Shown here in pieces: positions 1-10,185 of a stretch of DNA of 64,000 nucleotides. The notes under the pieces were generated by a model. It was given only the letters and a program-made list of their open reading frames with translations, ran no database searches and was not told the DNA's origin. The stretch lies in the IMG/VR virus record IMGVR_UViG_3300025699_000004; one strand, written 5' to 3'. This DNA comes from a virus. The translations under genes were made by a program, and so were the position numbers. How positions within the stretch are numbered: position 1 is the stretch's first letter; the number at the start of each line of letters is the position of its first letter.

Positions 1-349
1 TTACTGCGAATTGCCCGCTCCATTGCATGTTTTCATCTGCAGCGGCTCCAGTGGCTACAATCCCGCCATTATCAAAATCGATGTAATACCCCATTCCTGG
101 ATCTCCTCTTCTGGTAGCTAAGCCAAATCCAGAAAAATTGACAGGTACATGAGCTCCACCCACACCGCTTTCCGTACACCATTGTTTATAAGAACTACTA
201 TACCTGTAGAACCCCGCTGGCAGCCTATCATCTTTGACATAATATAACTTACCCGTCTTGTTCGAATAAGCCTCAGCGTTTTTTATTAAAAAATCATCAA
301 ACCATAATGAAAAGCTGGTAGTTGCTTCGTGACCAAAATTTATTTTCAT
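1..349 (-). CDS. Partial (runs off window edge) putative virion structural protein
   Basis: Manually translated open frame from ATG at 349 (overlaps TAA of the upstream gene): MKINFGHEATTSFSLWFDDFL...DENMQWSGQFAV; co-oriented with head-tail genes. Confidence 0.6.
   Translation of the reverse strand, partial: MKINFGHEATTSFSLWFDDFLIKNAEAYSNKTGKLYYVKDDRLPAGFYRYSSSYKQWCTESGVGGAHVPVNFSGFGLATRRGDPGMGYYIDFDNGGIVATGAAADENMQWSGQFAV
9..54. repeat. Copy 1 of a 46-nt dispersed direct repeat (31 nt identical)
   Basis: aattgcccgctccattgcatgttttcatctg identical to 31529-31559; 42/46 identity to 31529-31574. Confidence 0.95.
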
Positions 350-1014
350 TAAAGCATTCTCCCGTTTAAAGCGATAACCGACCTTCTAAAGTCTTTTAGT
401 ATAGATGAAATGTAAGAAGTTCTTGTGAACCTAGTTCTTTGGTTAGCTATAGCCCCCCCAGTACTTCCTCCTCCAAAAGCTTTCTCGTCTTTTTTTCCTC
501 CTTTTATTTGTATAGCTGGTCCAGATCTTGATTTATCTATATTTTTTCCTTGTAAATACAAATAGAAACCTAAGCCAGAAATACCCGTCTCGATACCATC
601 TAGCCAGCTCCTTGAGCCCTCAAAATCGGACCTGAAGTTTGAAAATTTTGTCATTGAGAAAAGCTCATCTTTCGTCGGTTCTGTAGTTATGAAGTTAAAT
701 ACTCCCCTGCTTATTTTTTGTTTAATAATTCTTGTTTCTTCTAATCTCGATCTTATTGGCTCTATGGGATCGTGTCCAGAAGGAAACCCAATAAAAGTAA
801 ATAAATTACCATAACCACTTAAAGTCTTACTTGAATTACTAGCATCTTCTCCATTTTCTATCTCTATAGTTACTGGATGATTATTGAAATCGCTAATCAT
901 TCTGCGTTTTATTATTTCAAATTCTTTTAATAAAATCTTTAAAACAGATGGAGCTAATTGTTTGCTGGCTTGAGATTCTATCGACCTTCTGACATCTGCA
1001 GGTAATCTATTCAT
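349..1014 (-). CDS. Putative neck/tail-completion morphogenesis protein
   Basis: 221-aa ORF downstream of the head-closure-like gene; function inferred from position only. Confidence 0.4.
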   Translation of the reverse strand: MNRLPADVRRSIESQASKQLAPSVLKILLKEFEIIKRRMISDFNNHPVTIEIENGEDASNSSKTLSGYGNLFTFIGFPSGHDPIEPIRSRLEETRIIKQKISRGVFNFITTEPTKDELFSMTKFSNFRSDFEGSRSWLDGIETGISGLGFYLYLQGKNIDKSRSGPAIQIKGGKKDEKAFGGGSTGGAIANQRTRFTRTSYISSILKDFRRSVIALNGRML

Positions 1015-1473
1015 TTAATTCTCTGTTGGAGTTAAAAAGAATGTATAATAATTAGGTTCAAATAAACCGTGAGGTCTCACATCGCTAGTTATTGAAAATC
1101 TTCTTCCATCAAAATCTACTCTTTTTGCTTGCCTGATATACTGATATCCTGTTTTATCTAATTTTATCCGTACTGTACCGTCTGGGATTTTTATTTTTAA
1201 TTGAGAATCTATTTCTGGAGATGATATATTTTGTTCAGCTCGATCAGTGTCGTAAGTTATTCGAGCCATAAAAGAGCCTGATTGAACTTGTTTTGTTTCT
1301 ATTTTTGATTGAGCTGCATTCTGATGGTATATAGCATTATAAGAAGGGTTTGTCGCTATAGATATCGACTTAGCCTCCTTATACACATATATTTCCCGAG
1401 CAAAAGTATCATGCAAATCATTAAATGCGCCTTGTAGCGCTGCCTTTTGAGCTGCTGTTAATAATGAAGCCAT
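1015..1473 (-). CDS. Putative head-closure (head-tail adaptor) protein
   Basis: Beta-rich C-terminus FDGRRFSITSDVRPHGLFEPNYYTFFL resembles SPP1 gp16-like head-closure proteins; start re-assigned to ATG at 1473. Confidence 0.5.
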   Translation of the reverse strand: MASLLTAAQKAALQGAFNDLHDTFAREIYVYKEAKSISIATNPSYNAIYHQNAAQSKIETKQVQSGSFMARITYDTDRAEQNISSPEIDSQLKIKIPDGTVRIKLDKTGYQYIRQAKRVDFDGRRFSITSDVRPHGLFEPNYYTFFLTPTEN

Positions 1474-1541
1474 ATGTAATATATACACTTTTATTTGAAA
1501 AAATATTTTTTTTGTGTAACATAATATGGAAAAAGGTTTCT

Positions 1542-1823
1542 ATGGAGGATAAAAAATTATTACAGGAAAGGTATGAAAGACATGTTAAGGATTTATTTAA
1601 ATCTTTTCTTTTTATCTTGGAGGATTTAGCGGATGATCACGCTATACATTTCGCAAAATTAAAAAGATCACTACCAGAACATTCGAGTCTAATTGATCAA
1701 GCTAATTATTTTGACAAAGAAAAACTTCAATTCTTAAGGAAAAGAGTTTTGGATTTAGGAAACGACTCATTAAGAAGCCACGGCGAAGATTTGGAAAAAT
1801 TCACTGTAATTTTTAAATTTTAA
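1542..1823 (+). CDS. Hypothetical protein
   Basis: ORF from ATG 1542 (MEDKKLLQERY...), downstream of a divergent GTGTA motif. Confidence 0.7.
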   Translation: MEDKKLLQERYERHVKDLFKSFLFILEDLADDHAIHFAKLKRSLPEHSSLIDQANYFDKEKLQFLRKRVLDLGNDSLRSHGEDLEKFTVIFKF

Positions 1824-1837
1824 TTTTATAATACAAT

Positions 1838-2599
1838 ATGAAAGAAATATATAGTTTTAATGTTGAGGTAGAGCGCACTGTAGAAGAAACTTCGACCAAG
1901 AAAAGAAAAAACAAAGACACGGGTAAAATGGAAGAAGTGTCTGTCGCCCAAGAGGTTAAAAAAGAAGTCCCCGTAAAGATTATTTTAAGAGAGCCCAACA
2001 GAAGGCAGCTAGAGGAGGCCGACATGGAATATAGCATTGAAATGAGTAAGTGCATCAAAAGAGGAATTCTTACCAAGGCAATGCTCGCAAAAAAGTATAG
2101 CGACTCAGGAGGGTTACTTAGTGAGGAAGATGCTCAATTTTTAACTAGAAAGTATTCTGAATTAGGCGATTTTCAAAATAAATATACTAGACTTTCTACA
2201 AAACCTAAAAAGACTAAATCTGACGAAGACAAATTAAAGAATATGCTAGGAGAGATGGCTGAAAAAAGAAGGGAAATTGTTGACATGGAAACAAGCTATT
2301 CTTCTTTATTTAATCATACCGCTGACACTAAAGCTCAAAATAGAGTGTTATTGTGGTATCTAGTAAACCTCTCTTTTTTCCAAGAAAACGAATCGGAAGA
2401 AATGAAACCATTTTTTACCGCAGAAAGCATGGAGGATAAGATAGAGGAGTATTACGATCTAGATGAGGGAGGAAACGATATCTTCGATATTTCTAAGGAT
2501 AAATTATCTACAATTTTAAGTTTTTGGTATTTTAGCTCAAACGCAACTCAAGAAGACTTTGACAAATTGAATGAAGATATAGAATCGGGAAATGTCTAA
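1838..2599 (+). CDS. Hypothetical protein, possibly tail-assembly chaperone-like
   Basis: 253-aa charged helical ORF; function inferred from context only. Confidence 0.35.
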   Translation: MKEIYSFNVEVERTVEETSTKKRKNKDTGKMEEVSVAQEVKKEVPVKIILREPNRRQLEEADMEYSIEMSKCIKRGILTKAMLAKKYSDSGGLLSEEDAQFLTRKYSELGDFQNKYTRLSTKPKKTKSDEDKLKNMLGEMAEKRREIVDMETSYSSLFNHTADTKAQNRVLLWYLVNLSFFQENESEEMKPFFTAESMEDKIEEYYDLDEGGNDIFDISKDKLSTILSFWYFSSNATQEDFDKLNEDIESGNV

Positions 2600-3590
2600 G
2601 AGTGAAGCTACTTTATATAGAAAAATTTTTAGAGATGTAGTTCAAGGTTTTACCAAAGTCTTTCATGGTGAAGAGCTTATATTCATAAAGCACTTAACAA
2701 CTCACGACCAAGTTAACCTGGAGGATATAGAAGAGAACTTTTTTAATAAAGCTCAAGCAAGGGGCTTAAAGACGGAGCAAGAATCTCTTGATCAAATAAT
2801 TAAAGATGAATTATGGACAAGAGAGGACGAGCAGTTTCTCTCGACTCAAAAATCTTACGTAGAAAATTTATACAAAGGTAAGTCTCAATTAATTCTAAAA
2901 TCTCAAATAGATAATCAAGAGAGGTTAATAAACACTGAGCTTAAAAAGCTAGACGAAAAAATCAACGAAAAAAACGAATTGCTAGGCGAAACTTGCGAAA
3001 AATACTCCAAGAAAAGAGCTAATGATTATTATATAATGACGAGCTTTTATAGCGACGAAAAATTAACCACAAAACTTTATGAAGAAAAAGAATTTGATGA
3101 TGTTGGATATAGTAGATTAAGCGAATTAGTAAATATTCACAACGAGCACTTTTCTGTTTTTTCTGAGGATAACATACAAAAAACTATATTAGAAGATTTC
3201 TTTTTTCCCTTTATGTCGTTCAGCGAAGACACAATGCAGTTTTTTGGCAAACCTGTCTGCGAATTAACGAACCATCAAGTTAAATTAATTATATTCGCTA
3301 GAATTTTTAAATCGATTTTTGATAATAATGAAAATATACCTGAAAAGATCAGGAAAGATCCAAAGGCATTAATAGACTTCGCCTCAACCTCAAACAAAGG
3401 AAAAGAAGAACTGGACAGGCACGAGGAAAAAGGAGGGGCAACTACAGTGGTAGGAGCTACTAAAGAAGATTATGAATACATGGGAGTCAATCCTGTAAAG
3501 GCTGAAGGTGGAGTGTCCTTGCACGAGAAAGCGAAGAAGAAAGGCGGAACCTTAAATATGAATGACCTAATGGAAATGGCTGGGCAGTAA
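2592..3590 (+). CDS. Hypothetical protein, possibly tail-assembly chaperone-like
   Basis: 332-aa ORF overlapping the previous one by 8 nt; helical and acidic. Confidence 0.35.
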   Translation: MSKSEATLYRKIFRDVVQGFTKVFHGEELIFIKHLTTHDQVNLEDIEENFFNKAQARGLKTEQESLDQIIKDELWTREDEQFLSTQKSYVENLYKGKSQLILKSQIDNQERLINTELKKLDEKINEKNELLGETCEKYSKKRANDYYIMTSFYSDEKLTTKLYEEKEFDDVGYSRLSELVNIHNEHFSVFSEDNIQKTILEDFFFPFMSFSEDTMQFFGKPVCELTNHQVKLIIFARIFKSIFDNNENIPEKIRKDPKALIDFASTSNKGKEELDRHEEKGGATTVVGATKEDYEYMGVNPVKAEGGVSLHEKAKKKGGTLNMNDLMEMAGQ

Positions 3591-3591
3591 T

Positions 3592-4116
3592 TTATTCAGG
3601 AGAATCTTTCCCAGCGACTTGCCTGGGTCCGCCCCTGTAAGAGGTATATCTTTGCAACAAATCCCTTAATGTATAATCAGCGTCTTGAGCAAATGAAGAG
3701 AATGTTCTTGATGCGGTTACTTTTGTTGCTGGGCTTGCTAACATAGCTTGTCTTTTTATTACACTATCTCCATCTCTTAATTCAGTCCAATCAGAAGTAA
3801 CTATTGACCCTGACCCGCTCGAGCTTGAACTGCTTGAGCTGGTCGAAACTCCCATTAAAGCGCTTCTCCCTAGCTTTGTATAATAGTTTTTTAGAAAAAC
3901 TTGCCTGTAAATAGCCTGCTCCTCAACTCTTAATCCTGGATTTTCTCCGCTGTAACAAGTATGAATTAATACATTTAATTCGCCCATGTTGTTTTGCAAC
4001 CATCCTGATATATAGTCCATCGACACCGATCCAGTATTTGAATCGAAATCATACTTAAATATTCCAGTAGCTAAATTACCTACTTCGTTTAAAGATGGTG
4101 AAAAATAATAGCTCAT
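3592..4116 (-). CDS. Putative head-tail connector/adaptor protein
   Basis: 174-aa ORF two genes after the major capsid gene, the usual adaptor position; Ser-rich linker. Confidence 0.4.
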   Translation of the reverse strand: MSYYFSPSLNEVGNLATGIFKYDFDSNTGSVSMDYISGWLQNNMGELNVLIHTCYSGENPGLRVEEQAIYRQVFLKNYYTKLGRSALMGVSTSSSSSSSSGSGSIVTSDWTELRDGDSVIKRQAMLASPATKVTASRTFSSFAQDADYTLRDLLQRYTSYRGGPRQVAGKDSPE

Positions 4117-4526
4117 TTTCCATTAAGTATATCTATTATATCTTTAGCGACCTCCGAATCTGGATCAACAATAGGTTTTTCCACTTGAGAGTTGTGTAAC
4201 GGCCTGTTTAGACTGCCGAATTTTGTTTTGAATTCTTTTTTCAGTTTATTTTTTAGAGTGGTCTTATTTCCAGATGGAAAAACACTAGCGTTAACTGCCA
4301 TTTCTTGCATCTCTCTAATATTCATAGATGCTAACCTTTCCTCCAAATTTTCTAAAGATTCAACTCCAAATGGATTTCTGGGAGCGTTAAGAATATCTTC
4401 AATATCTTTAGCTAAGTTGTGGTCTTGTTCGATTTTTCCATTCGCTAAAAACACTTCGGTCTCTTGTTTTTTATTCACCTTACGAGTTGTTGCTTTTGTT
4501 TTTCTTGTAGTTGTCTTTTTTGTCAT
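4113..4526 (-). CDS. Basic protein with Rho-N/HeH-like helical motif
   Basis: Lys/Thr-rich N-terminus and LASMNIREMQEMAVNASV...KTTLKNKL motif; AAGGA SD upstream. Confidence 0.4.
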   Translation of the reverse strand: MTKKTTTRKTKATTRKVNKKQETEVFLANGKIEQDHNLAKDIEDILNAPRNPFGVESLENLEERLASMNIREMQEMAVNASVFPSGNKTTLKNKLKKEFKTKFGSLNRPLHNSQVEKPIVDPDSEVAKDIIDILNGK

Positions 4527-4571
4527 AATTTAATCCTTTATATTAGGGTACACATATATTATAATATCTAG

Positions 4572-4604
4572 AAACAAAAAATCCACCATAAAGGTGGACT
4601 TTTT
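4572..4604 (-). terminator. Intrinsic terminator after the major capsid gene
   Basis: TCCACC-ATAAA-GGTGGA hairpin flanked by A and T tracts. Confidence 0.75.
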
Positions 4605-4625
4605 GCAAAAGAATGTGAAATACTC

Positions 4626-5720
4626 TTAAACCTGAATGGCTAAGATAGCACTATCATTGATGATTGTGCGACCTTCTTCAAGCTCGGAGTAAAATCCGAT
4701 CTTCTTAGAGCGAGTCACATACTGATCATCAGCAGAAACACTCATTGTTGTGCCAGATTCGGCATCAACAGCCACAGCTCTCAAAAGCGACTCTCTTGAC
4801 CTGTCAAGACCAAGGCAAACGTCGGCTCTTGTCATTGTGCCTCCAAGAAGCTTTTTAGCAACCTTGGTGTACTTAGCGTTTAAACCAAGTTCATAAATTT
4901 CCATGATGGAAATTCCGTAGAACTCAGGAAGTCCAGCGCTATTGTAGATAGCTTGACGCATTTCGTCAGTAGCAGGAATTGCAGTTTCGGTTGTCTGGTT
5001 TGCGCCAGTACCAGCAGCAGTTTGAACTCCACCCTTGGTATTAATTGGATTGTAAGCCATTTCACGAAGGCTTTGAACGATCTCAGGAGAAACGATCAAA
5101 TCAGTCATGCCACGAGTACGCTCAGGAGTACCACCGCTCCAAGAAGGATTATTCCTTTTCATCTTGGTAAGCATCTTGTTGAAATCATCAAGCAAGAAGC
5201 GGTTAGCAAAAGTGGAAGAAGTAAGCAGCTTGTTTGAATTATCTGCGATAGTTCCAAGAAGCAAAGATGCAGAAGCATTTTCTTGCTGAATAAGGATCTC
5301 TTGAGCCAAGCGAGTCATGCTTTTACTTACTACATCAAGTCTGGAACGAGAAGCGTAGCGCTTGTCGAAGTCAACAGCACTCTCAAGTCTGTAAGTGGCA
5401 AGCTTCAACTCACTATGAGTTGGAGTTACGTGGCTGGAAGGAAGTCCGCCTGCAGCATTTGTGCTATAAACCTTAATGTAGTCTTCGTCCGATACATCAT
5501 AGTAGAGATCGAGCGGAATACTGGGGTTATCATCAGCAGCAAACTGAAAGGGGTTAAACAAGTTACTGATCGTAGGAGCGTTGTCTACTACTTCAGCGAC
5601 AACAGGTCCGATAAATGCAGCTAAAGCTTCTTGAGCTTCGTATGCAACATTTCTGTCGCGTGAAGCCATTGCCTTGACCAGTTCTACTTGCTCGTCGGTT
5701 CTTTTTAGTGTGATATTCAT
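4626..5720 (-). CDS. Major capsid protein (HK97 fold)
   Basis: 364 aa; follows protease/scaffold and decoration genes; C-terminal TDLIVSPE and KIGFYSELEEGRTIINDSAIL patterns typical of HK97-type MCPs; own terminator. Confidence 0.85.
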   Translation of the reverse strand: MNITLKRTDEQVELVKAMASRDRNVAYEAQEALAAFIGPVVAEVVDNAPTISNLFNPFQFAADDNPSIPLDLYYDVSDEDYIKVYSTNAAGGLPSSHVTPTHSELKLATYRLESAVDFDKRYASRSRLDVVSKSMTRLAQEILIQQENASASLLLGTIADNSNKLLTSSTFANRFLLDDFNKMLTKMKRNNPSWSGGTPERTRGMTDLIVSPEIVQSLREMAYNPINTKGGVQTAAGTGANQTTETAIPATDEMRQAIYNSAGLPEFYGISIMEIYELGLNAKYTKVAKKLLGGTMTRADVCLGLDRSRESLLRAVAVDAESGTTMSVSADDQYVTRSKKIGFYSELEEGRTIINDSAILAIQV

Positions 5721-5756
5721 TTTATATAAGCCTTTTCTATTTTTAAAAGTTAGTGA

Positions 5757-6422
5757 TTAGCAAGATAGCTTGATTACATAATAAATTCCACTCTGGAAAT
5801 CATTATTAATTGCTCCATAAGAAGGACCAGTTTTGTTTGCTCCTCTGTGTCCAGTAGCAATAACAGATCCTAAAATGTCGTCCATATCCTTAGAAGCACT
5901 CGATAAGAACTTCTTGAACTTACCAGGGGATCCTACGGAAAGCTTGTCTCCTACTGCGGGAGATCCGTCAACGCCATTCGCATGAACTGTCACAACTCCT
6001 TTAGTAAGAACTGGTACAGTTTGACCAGAAAGAACTGCTTGAAGCTCGTCTTTCTTTACTGGGTTAAAAAGCAAGCTCTCTCCGTTTTCGTCAACGGCGA
6101 GCGTTTGATTAAGAGTTACTCCTAATACGGCGTCTCCAGAAACTGCGGGGGCAACTTTAAGAGGGTTAGTCGGATAAGGGTTACGTCCAACAGGAGAATC
6201 GTAGCTAGCCATGAAGCGATTGTCCTCGCTAACATCGATAACTTCATTGTCATTCATGTTTCCGTTTGTTACTGAAACAAGAACTCCATCTGCATTAATG
6301 TCATCTACAGAAGGCTGGATGGCTTTAAGCCCTCCCGCAGCAACGCTATCTGCGTCAAGAGCGTATAGGTTAATGACGTCGTTTTCGTCGTATTGTCTGA
6401 AAGGTAATAGTCTGTGTGCCAT
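5757..6422 (-). CDS. Capsid decoration/cement protein
   Basis: Between protease and MCP; VLGVTL...TVPVLTKGVVTV...VGDKLSVGSPGKF beta-tulip-like pattern. Confidence 0.65.
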   Translation of the reverse strand: MAHRLLPFRQYDENDVINLYALDADSVAAGGLKAIQPSVDDINADGVLVSVTNGNMNDNEVIDVSEDNRFMASYDSPVGRNPYPTNPLKVAPAVSGDAVLGVTLNQTLAVDENGESLLFNPVKKDELQAVLSGQTVPVLTKGVVTVHANGVDGSPAVGDKLSVGSPGKFKKFLSSASKDMDDILGSVIATGHRGANKTGPSYGAINNDFQSGIYYVIKLSC

Positions 6423-6428
6423 GATTTT

Positions 6429-8081
6429 TTAGTATTTAATTGTTATGGATTCTTTTGAAAATGCTTTTTCAAATTTTTCTTTAAGAGATAATTCTTTTTC
6501 AACGGATGCTCCGTTATTAGAAGGAAGTTGTTCGGAAGTAGCTTCAGTTTGATCAAGGGCAGTTTCAATTTCTTCTTCTTGATTTTCTTCTACAGCTTCT
6601 GTTTTAACTTCTTCTACTACAACTGTTGATGCTTCGGATCTTTTTGCTATTTCAGCTTGTATTTTTTCTTCGAAAGATTTTTCTTGATTTTCAATGAATT
6701 GTTTGCTTTTGTGATTGAAAATTATTCCAATTCTTTTTTGATAACTAGCAAAACTCTCATCGGCCTGATCCACAGTCTTCAAGTCTTCCGCAATGATTTG
6801 CCTATCTTCGTCAGACAATTCATATTCAGAATCAAAAGAATCCATTCTTTTATTAAACAAGTCGAGAGCGGCGGCGGCTTTTTGTTCAGCTTGAACTTCG
6901 GCCAATTGATCTCTTGCGGAAGCTAACTCTTCCTCCATCTTGTGGAGTTTTTCGTCGGCATCCTGTTTTGCTTGAGCAACATCTTCTTTTTGTTTTTCGA
7001 TTTCGGCTTTCTCTTTTACGTACTCTTCACTTCTTTCGCGTATTGCGTCGGAAACTACCTTTACGATATTAGCTACAGCCTCTTCGGAAAACTTATCAGC
7101 AGATGAAGCTTCGATAGTTTCTTTGAGTTGTTCGATTATTTCTTTCATGTCCATTTTGTTTTTCAATGATAAAATTGCTTTGTCAGAAGTTACATGCGTT
7201 TTTTCAATATGTGAATGATTTTTTTTATAATTTTTTATTTTTTTTAAAAAATCTTCTGTATTAATTTCAATTTTTTCGACTTCTGCACTTAGATCCTCTT
7301 CTACTTCAATCTCTTTTTCAAGACTTACCTCTTCTTTTTTTTTACTCTCTAAAGAGATTAAACCCTTCACTTCTGCAGCAGGGTTGGCGGTAAAACCAAT
7401 CCCTAAAGGAAATACAGATCCTGAAATTAATCTATATACTTCAGTTCCGTCCTTAGTCTTTCCTTGTCCTTCAAATGCTTTTAAATATTGTTTATACTCT
7501 TTAATATGTTTTTCATCAGTAAGAATCTCCGCTTCGTTTAAATTTTTACTGCCCAAAGCAATGACAAAATCATTAAAACCTATTTCCCAACTAGCTGAAA
7601 CTATATTATATTTATCGCTAGATGGATCGCAGCTCTCCTCAACAAGATTCGCAAAATCTTTATTAGCTACTTTATATATAACAGAAGCCAAAGAGATATT
7701 AAAAGGATCAAGTCCACTAATGTCATCTTTTTTTATTATTTGATTATCTCCATAAGAAGAAAACCCTGAAGATACTATATGCCCAACGACCTTGTCTTTA
7801 TTATGCTCGATGTTAGTGGGCTTATGTTTGAAATATTCAGAAACCGCAAGAGCAGTATCTGTTGACATGCCATCATGATTTTTGTTAAACTTATTCACCA
7901 CAGCCGCATTAAATGCAACAGCCATGATATCAATGTTTTTCTCTAAATCTATACCCTCAGGTATTAGACTCACCAAGCTGTCTAAAGAAGCCTTGCTTAT
8001 TCGATCAACTTCCTGTTCTCCTATTGAGGATGCTGAGATCAAGTTAGTGAATTCAGCTTTATACTTGTAAGGTTTACTCAT
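6429..8081 (-). CDS. Prohead protease fused to coiled-coil scaffolding domain
   Basis: KPTNIEHNKDKVVGHI and SASWEIGF serine prohead-protease motifs; Glu/Lys-rich coiled-coil C-terminal half; between portal and MCP. Confidence 0.8.
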   Translation of the reverse strand: MSKPYKYKAEFTNLISASSIGEQEVDRISKASLDSLVSLIPEGIDLEKNIDIMAVAFNAAVVNKFNKNHDGMSTDTALAVSEYFKHKPTNIEHNKDKVVGHIVSSGFSSYGDNQIIKKDDISGLDPFNISLASVIYKVANKDFANLVEESCDPSSDKYNIVSASWEIGFNDFVIALGSKNLNEAEILTDEKHIKEYKQYLKAFEGQGKTKDGTEVYRLISGSVFPLGIGFTANPAAEVKGLISLESKKKEEVSLEKEIEVEEDLSAEVEKIEINTEDFLKKIKNYKKNHSHIEKTHVTSDKAILSLKNKMDMKEIIEQLKETIEASSADKFSEEAVANIVKVVSDAIRERSEEYVKEKAEIEKQKEDVAQAKQDADEKLHKMEEELASARDQLAEVQAEQKAAAALDLFNKRMDSFDSEYELSDEDRQIIAEDLKTVDQADESFASYQKRIGIIFNHKSKQFIENQEKSFEEKIQAEIAKRSEASTVVVEEVKTEAVEENQEEEIETALDQTEATSEQLPSNNGASVEKELSLKEKFEKAFSKESITIKY

Positions 8082-8104
8082 ATAAAAATCTATTACACAA
8101 GCTT

Positions 8105-10129
8105 TTATTTACTTTTCACTTTTTTTTTGCTATGATACAATAAAGCGGCTGGAAAGCACTCCACTTCATGCTTGCTAGACTCTTCTAATATTTCAGGTAA
8201 AACAGATAGCTTTTCTATCTTGTCTAAATTTTTCACGCATGAAGATACAGTTCTTGTCCATAAATTTTGACTTTTAGATAAAACCACAGATTCGCACAAC
8301 TGTCTTGCTAGCTTTTCTTGATCAGGAGTTAATTCTTTCAACTTAAAATGCTCCTTCATCTTATTTGACGCATGACTTTCTAAATTCTCAATTTTATAGA
8401 CAATGTTTTGTATATCTTTTCTTGAATAAAGATCAGAAGCGTTTACTTGTCTTGGTATTCCAGTTGTCCCCTTTGGTCTTCCTACTGGCCTTCCGCTTGA
8501 TTTAGGGCCTGATGAACTTTTATCATCTCCAGTCGGTACGGTGTCAACTTCTCCATCTCCATCGACATCTATCATTGGAATACCTCCGACCAAAGGATTA
8601 TACATACCTTCTTTTCTTTTTTCGATATATCTCTCCTGAGCGGGCTCTATTTCTTCTGAGTTTGGATATATGCCAGTTTTTATAGCATTAATTCCTTGCT
8701 CTGGAGTGAGTATTCCCATTTCAATTAATCGAGTAACAACCCTTTGTAATTGAACCTCATCCTTAATGTCAATTTCCTCAAATCTAGCCGTAGGGTAAAC
8801 TTTAAATCCCATTTCCTGGCAAACTAATTTTATCTGAGGTTGAAGAAAATTATGCAAGAAAGCTTGTCTGGCTTCTTTTAATCTTTCTAAAAATATCTCA
8901 GCCTTTACTTGGGTGTTCTTATATTTCTCATCTCCCACAATTACATTCTGAAGTCCCTGTCTAATATCTTCATTAACTATTTGATATTTTTCTGGACCAA
9001 TTACTTTACCTATATCAGGAAGGACAAACTCAGCCTTAGTTGTATAATCTGCGACTAATACCCTTCCAACACTTTCATTCTGAAAAAGAGATTGCATTGC
9101 TTGCATATTGCTAGGATTAATTCCGCCCTTATCTGGATCGGTCCCCATTGTAATTAAAAGTATTACATTCTCTATAGTTCTACTAATCGCTTGATCAACT
9201 TTTTTCAACTCCATCTTCCAGTTAATGTCATCTAGAACTGGGAATCCAAAAGGAATAGCGAATGGTTCGTAATCTTGTTTTTTGTAAAAAGAAACGCAAA
9301 GCTTCGATGGATCTAAGTTCATTAAGACTCCGTCGCTAGACCAACCCCCTTGCTTTATTCTTTTTTTCGTGTCCTCAGGCAAAGAGTTAAATATCTCTTC
9401 ATCCTCCTGAGTTTTTGGGTTTTTAAGTCTTTCTAACTCATATTCAGATAATATTTTCTTGTAACAGTTTATATCAAAAGTAGTACTTCTGGAAGCAACT
9501 ATGTCGTAAGGATTTAAAACTGTATATTTTATTGGAATCTCCCCTTTATCAAGAAAGCTTGATCCGTAAATTTTATGCAATTTTGAAAAATCTTCAGAAT
9601 TAAATTTTCCATCCATTCTATACAAAAATATATTTCCAGATCTATAATATTCTCTAAAAAATTGATCTTTTAATGACCAGAGATTTATTTTTGAGAACCA
9701 TTTTTTTATAAAAGTCCTTGATTTTTCATTTCCTTGTTCCACATAAATGGGTGAATTAGCTAATTCTGCCATAATATCTATAGCATTCCTAAATATAGGG
9801 ACATTAGCATAGGCTTTCTGGCAAAGCTCTATAGACTCCTTAACATCAACCCCGTCAGAAGAAACGCTAAACGGAAGCATTCCTTGGGCTATATTCTCAA
9901 ACCTATATTTTTTAGAAGAAATAGCTGTAGAGTTCCTTCTTCTCGATGTCGATGATCCGCCCCCATTCCTCGAATAGCCTCCAGTAGAAGCAGAAGAAAC
10001 ATAAAAACTTTCTCCAGCTGATGCAGGAGGAATACCTGGATTCACATCATTTCCTTGCATTAAGTCCGTTATAGGTTTATTAAATTTCTCCCAGTATTCG
10101 GATTTTTTTTGGTACTTTCTTTTGCTCAT
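8105..10129 (-). CDS. Portal protein
   Basis: 674 aa directly downstream of terL; IFRNAIDIMAE, FREYYRSGNIF and GRPVGRP tail patterns seen in portals. Confidence 0.8.
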   Translation of the reverse strand: MSKRKYQKKSEYWEKFNKPITDLMQGNDVNPGIPPASAGESFYVSSASTGGYSRNGGGSSTSRRRNSTAISSKKYRFENIAQGMLPFSVSSDGVDVKESIELCQKAYANVPIFRNAIDIMAELANSPIYVEQGNEKSRTFIKKWFSKINLWSLKDQFFREYYRSGNIFLYRMDGKFNSEDFSKLHKIYGSSFLDKGEIPIKYTVLNPYDIVASRSTTFDINCYKKILSEYELERLKNPKTQEDEEIFNSLPEDTKKRIKQGGWSSDGVLMNLDPSKLCVSFYKKQDYEPFAIPFGFPVLDDINWKMELKKVDQAISRTIENVILLITMGTDPDKGGINPSNMQAMQSLFQNESVGRVLVADYTTKAEFVLPDIGKVIGPEKYQIVNEDIRQGLQNVIVGDEKYKNTQVKAEIFLERLKEARQAFLHNFLQPQIKLVCQEMGFKVYPTARFEEIDIKDEVQLQRVVTRLIEMGILTPEQGINAIKTGIYPNSEEIEPAQERYIEKRKEGMYNPLVGGIPMIDVDGDGEVDTVPTGDDKSSSGPKSSGRPVGRPKGTTGIPRQVNASDLYSRKDIQNIVYKIENLESHASNKMKEHFKLKELTPDQEKLARQLCESVVLSKSQNLWTRTVSSCVKNLDKIEKLSVLPEILEESSKHEVECFPAALLYHSKKKVKSK

Positions 10130-10185
10130 TGTATATATGATACACGAAAGTCGATCAAAAGTCTAAAAGTTAACTTTCTAACTTT

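Noticed and set aside
2585-2599. Slippery heptamer G GGA AAT at the end of the chaperone-like gene (tail-chaperone -1 frameshift?)
   Set aside because: The next ORF (ATG 2592) is in the +1 frame; the -1 frame hits TAG after about 16 codons, so a -1 shift gives no fusion.
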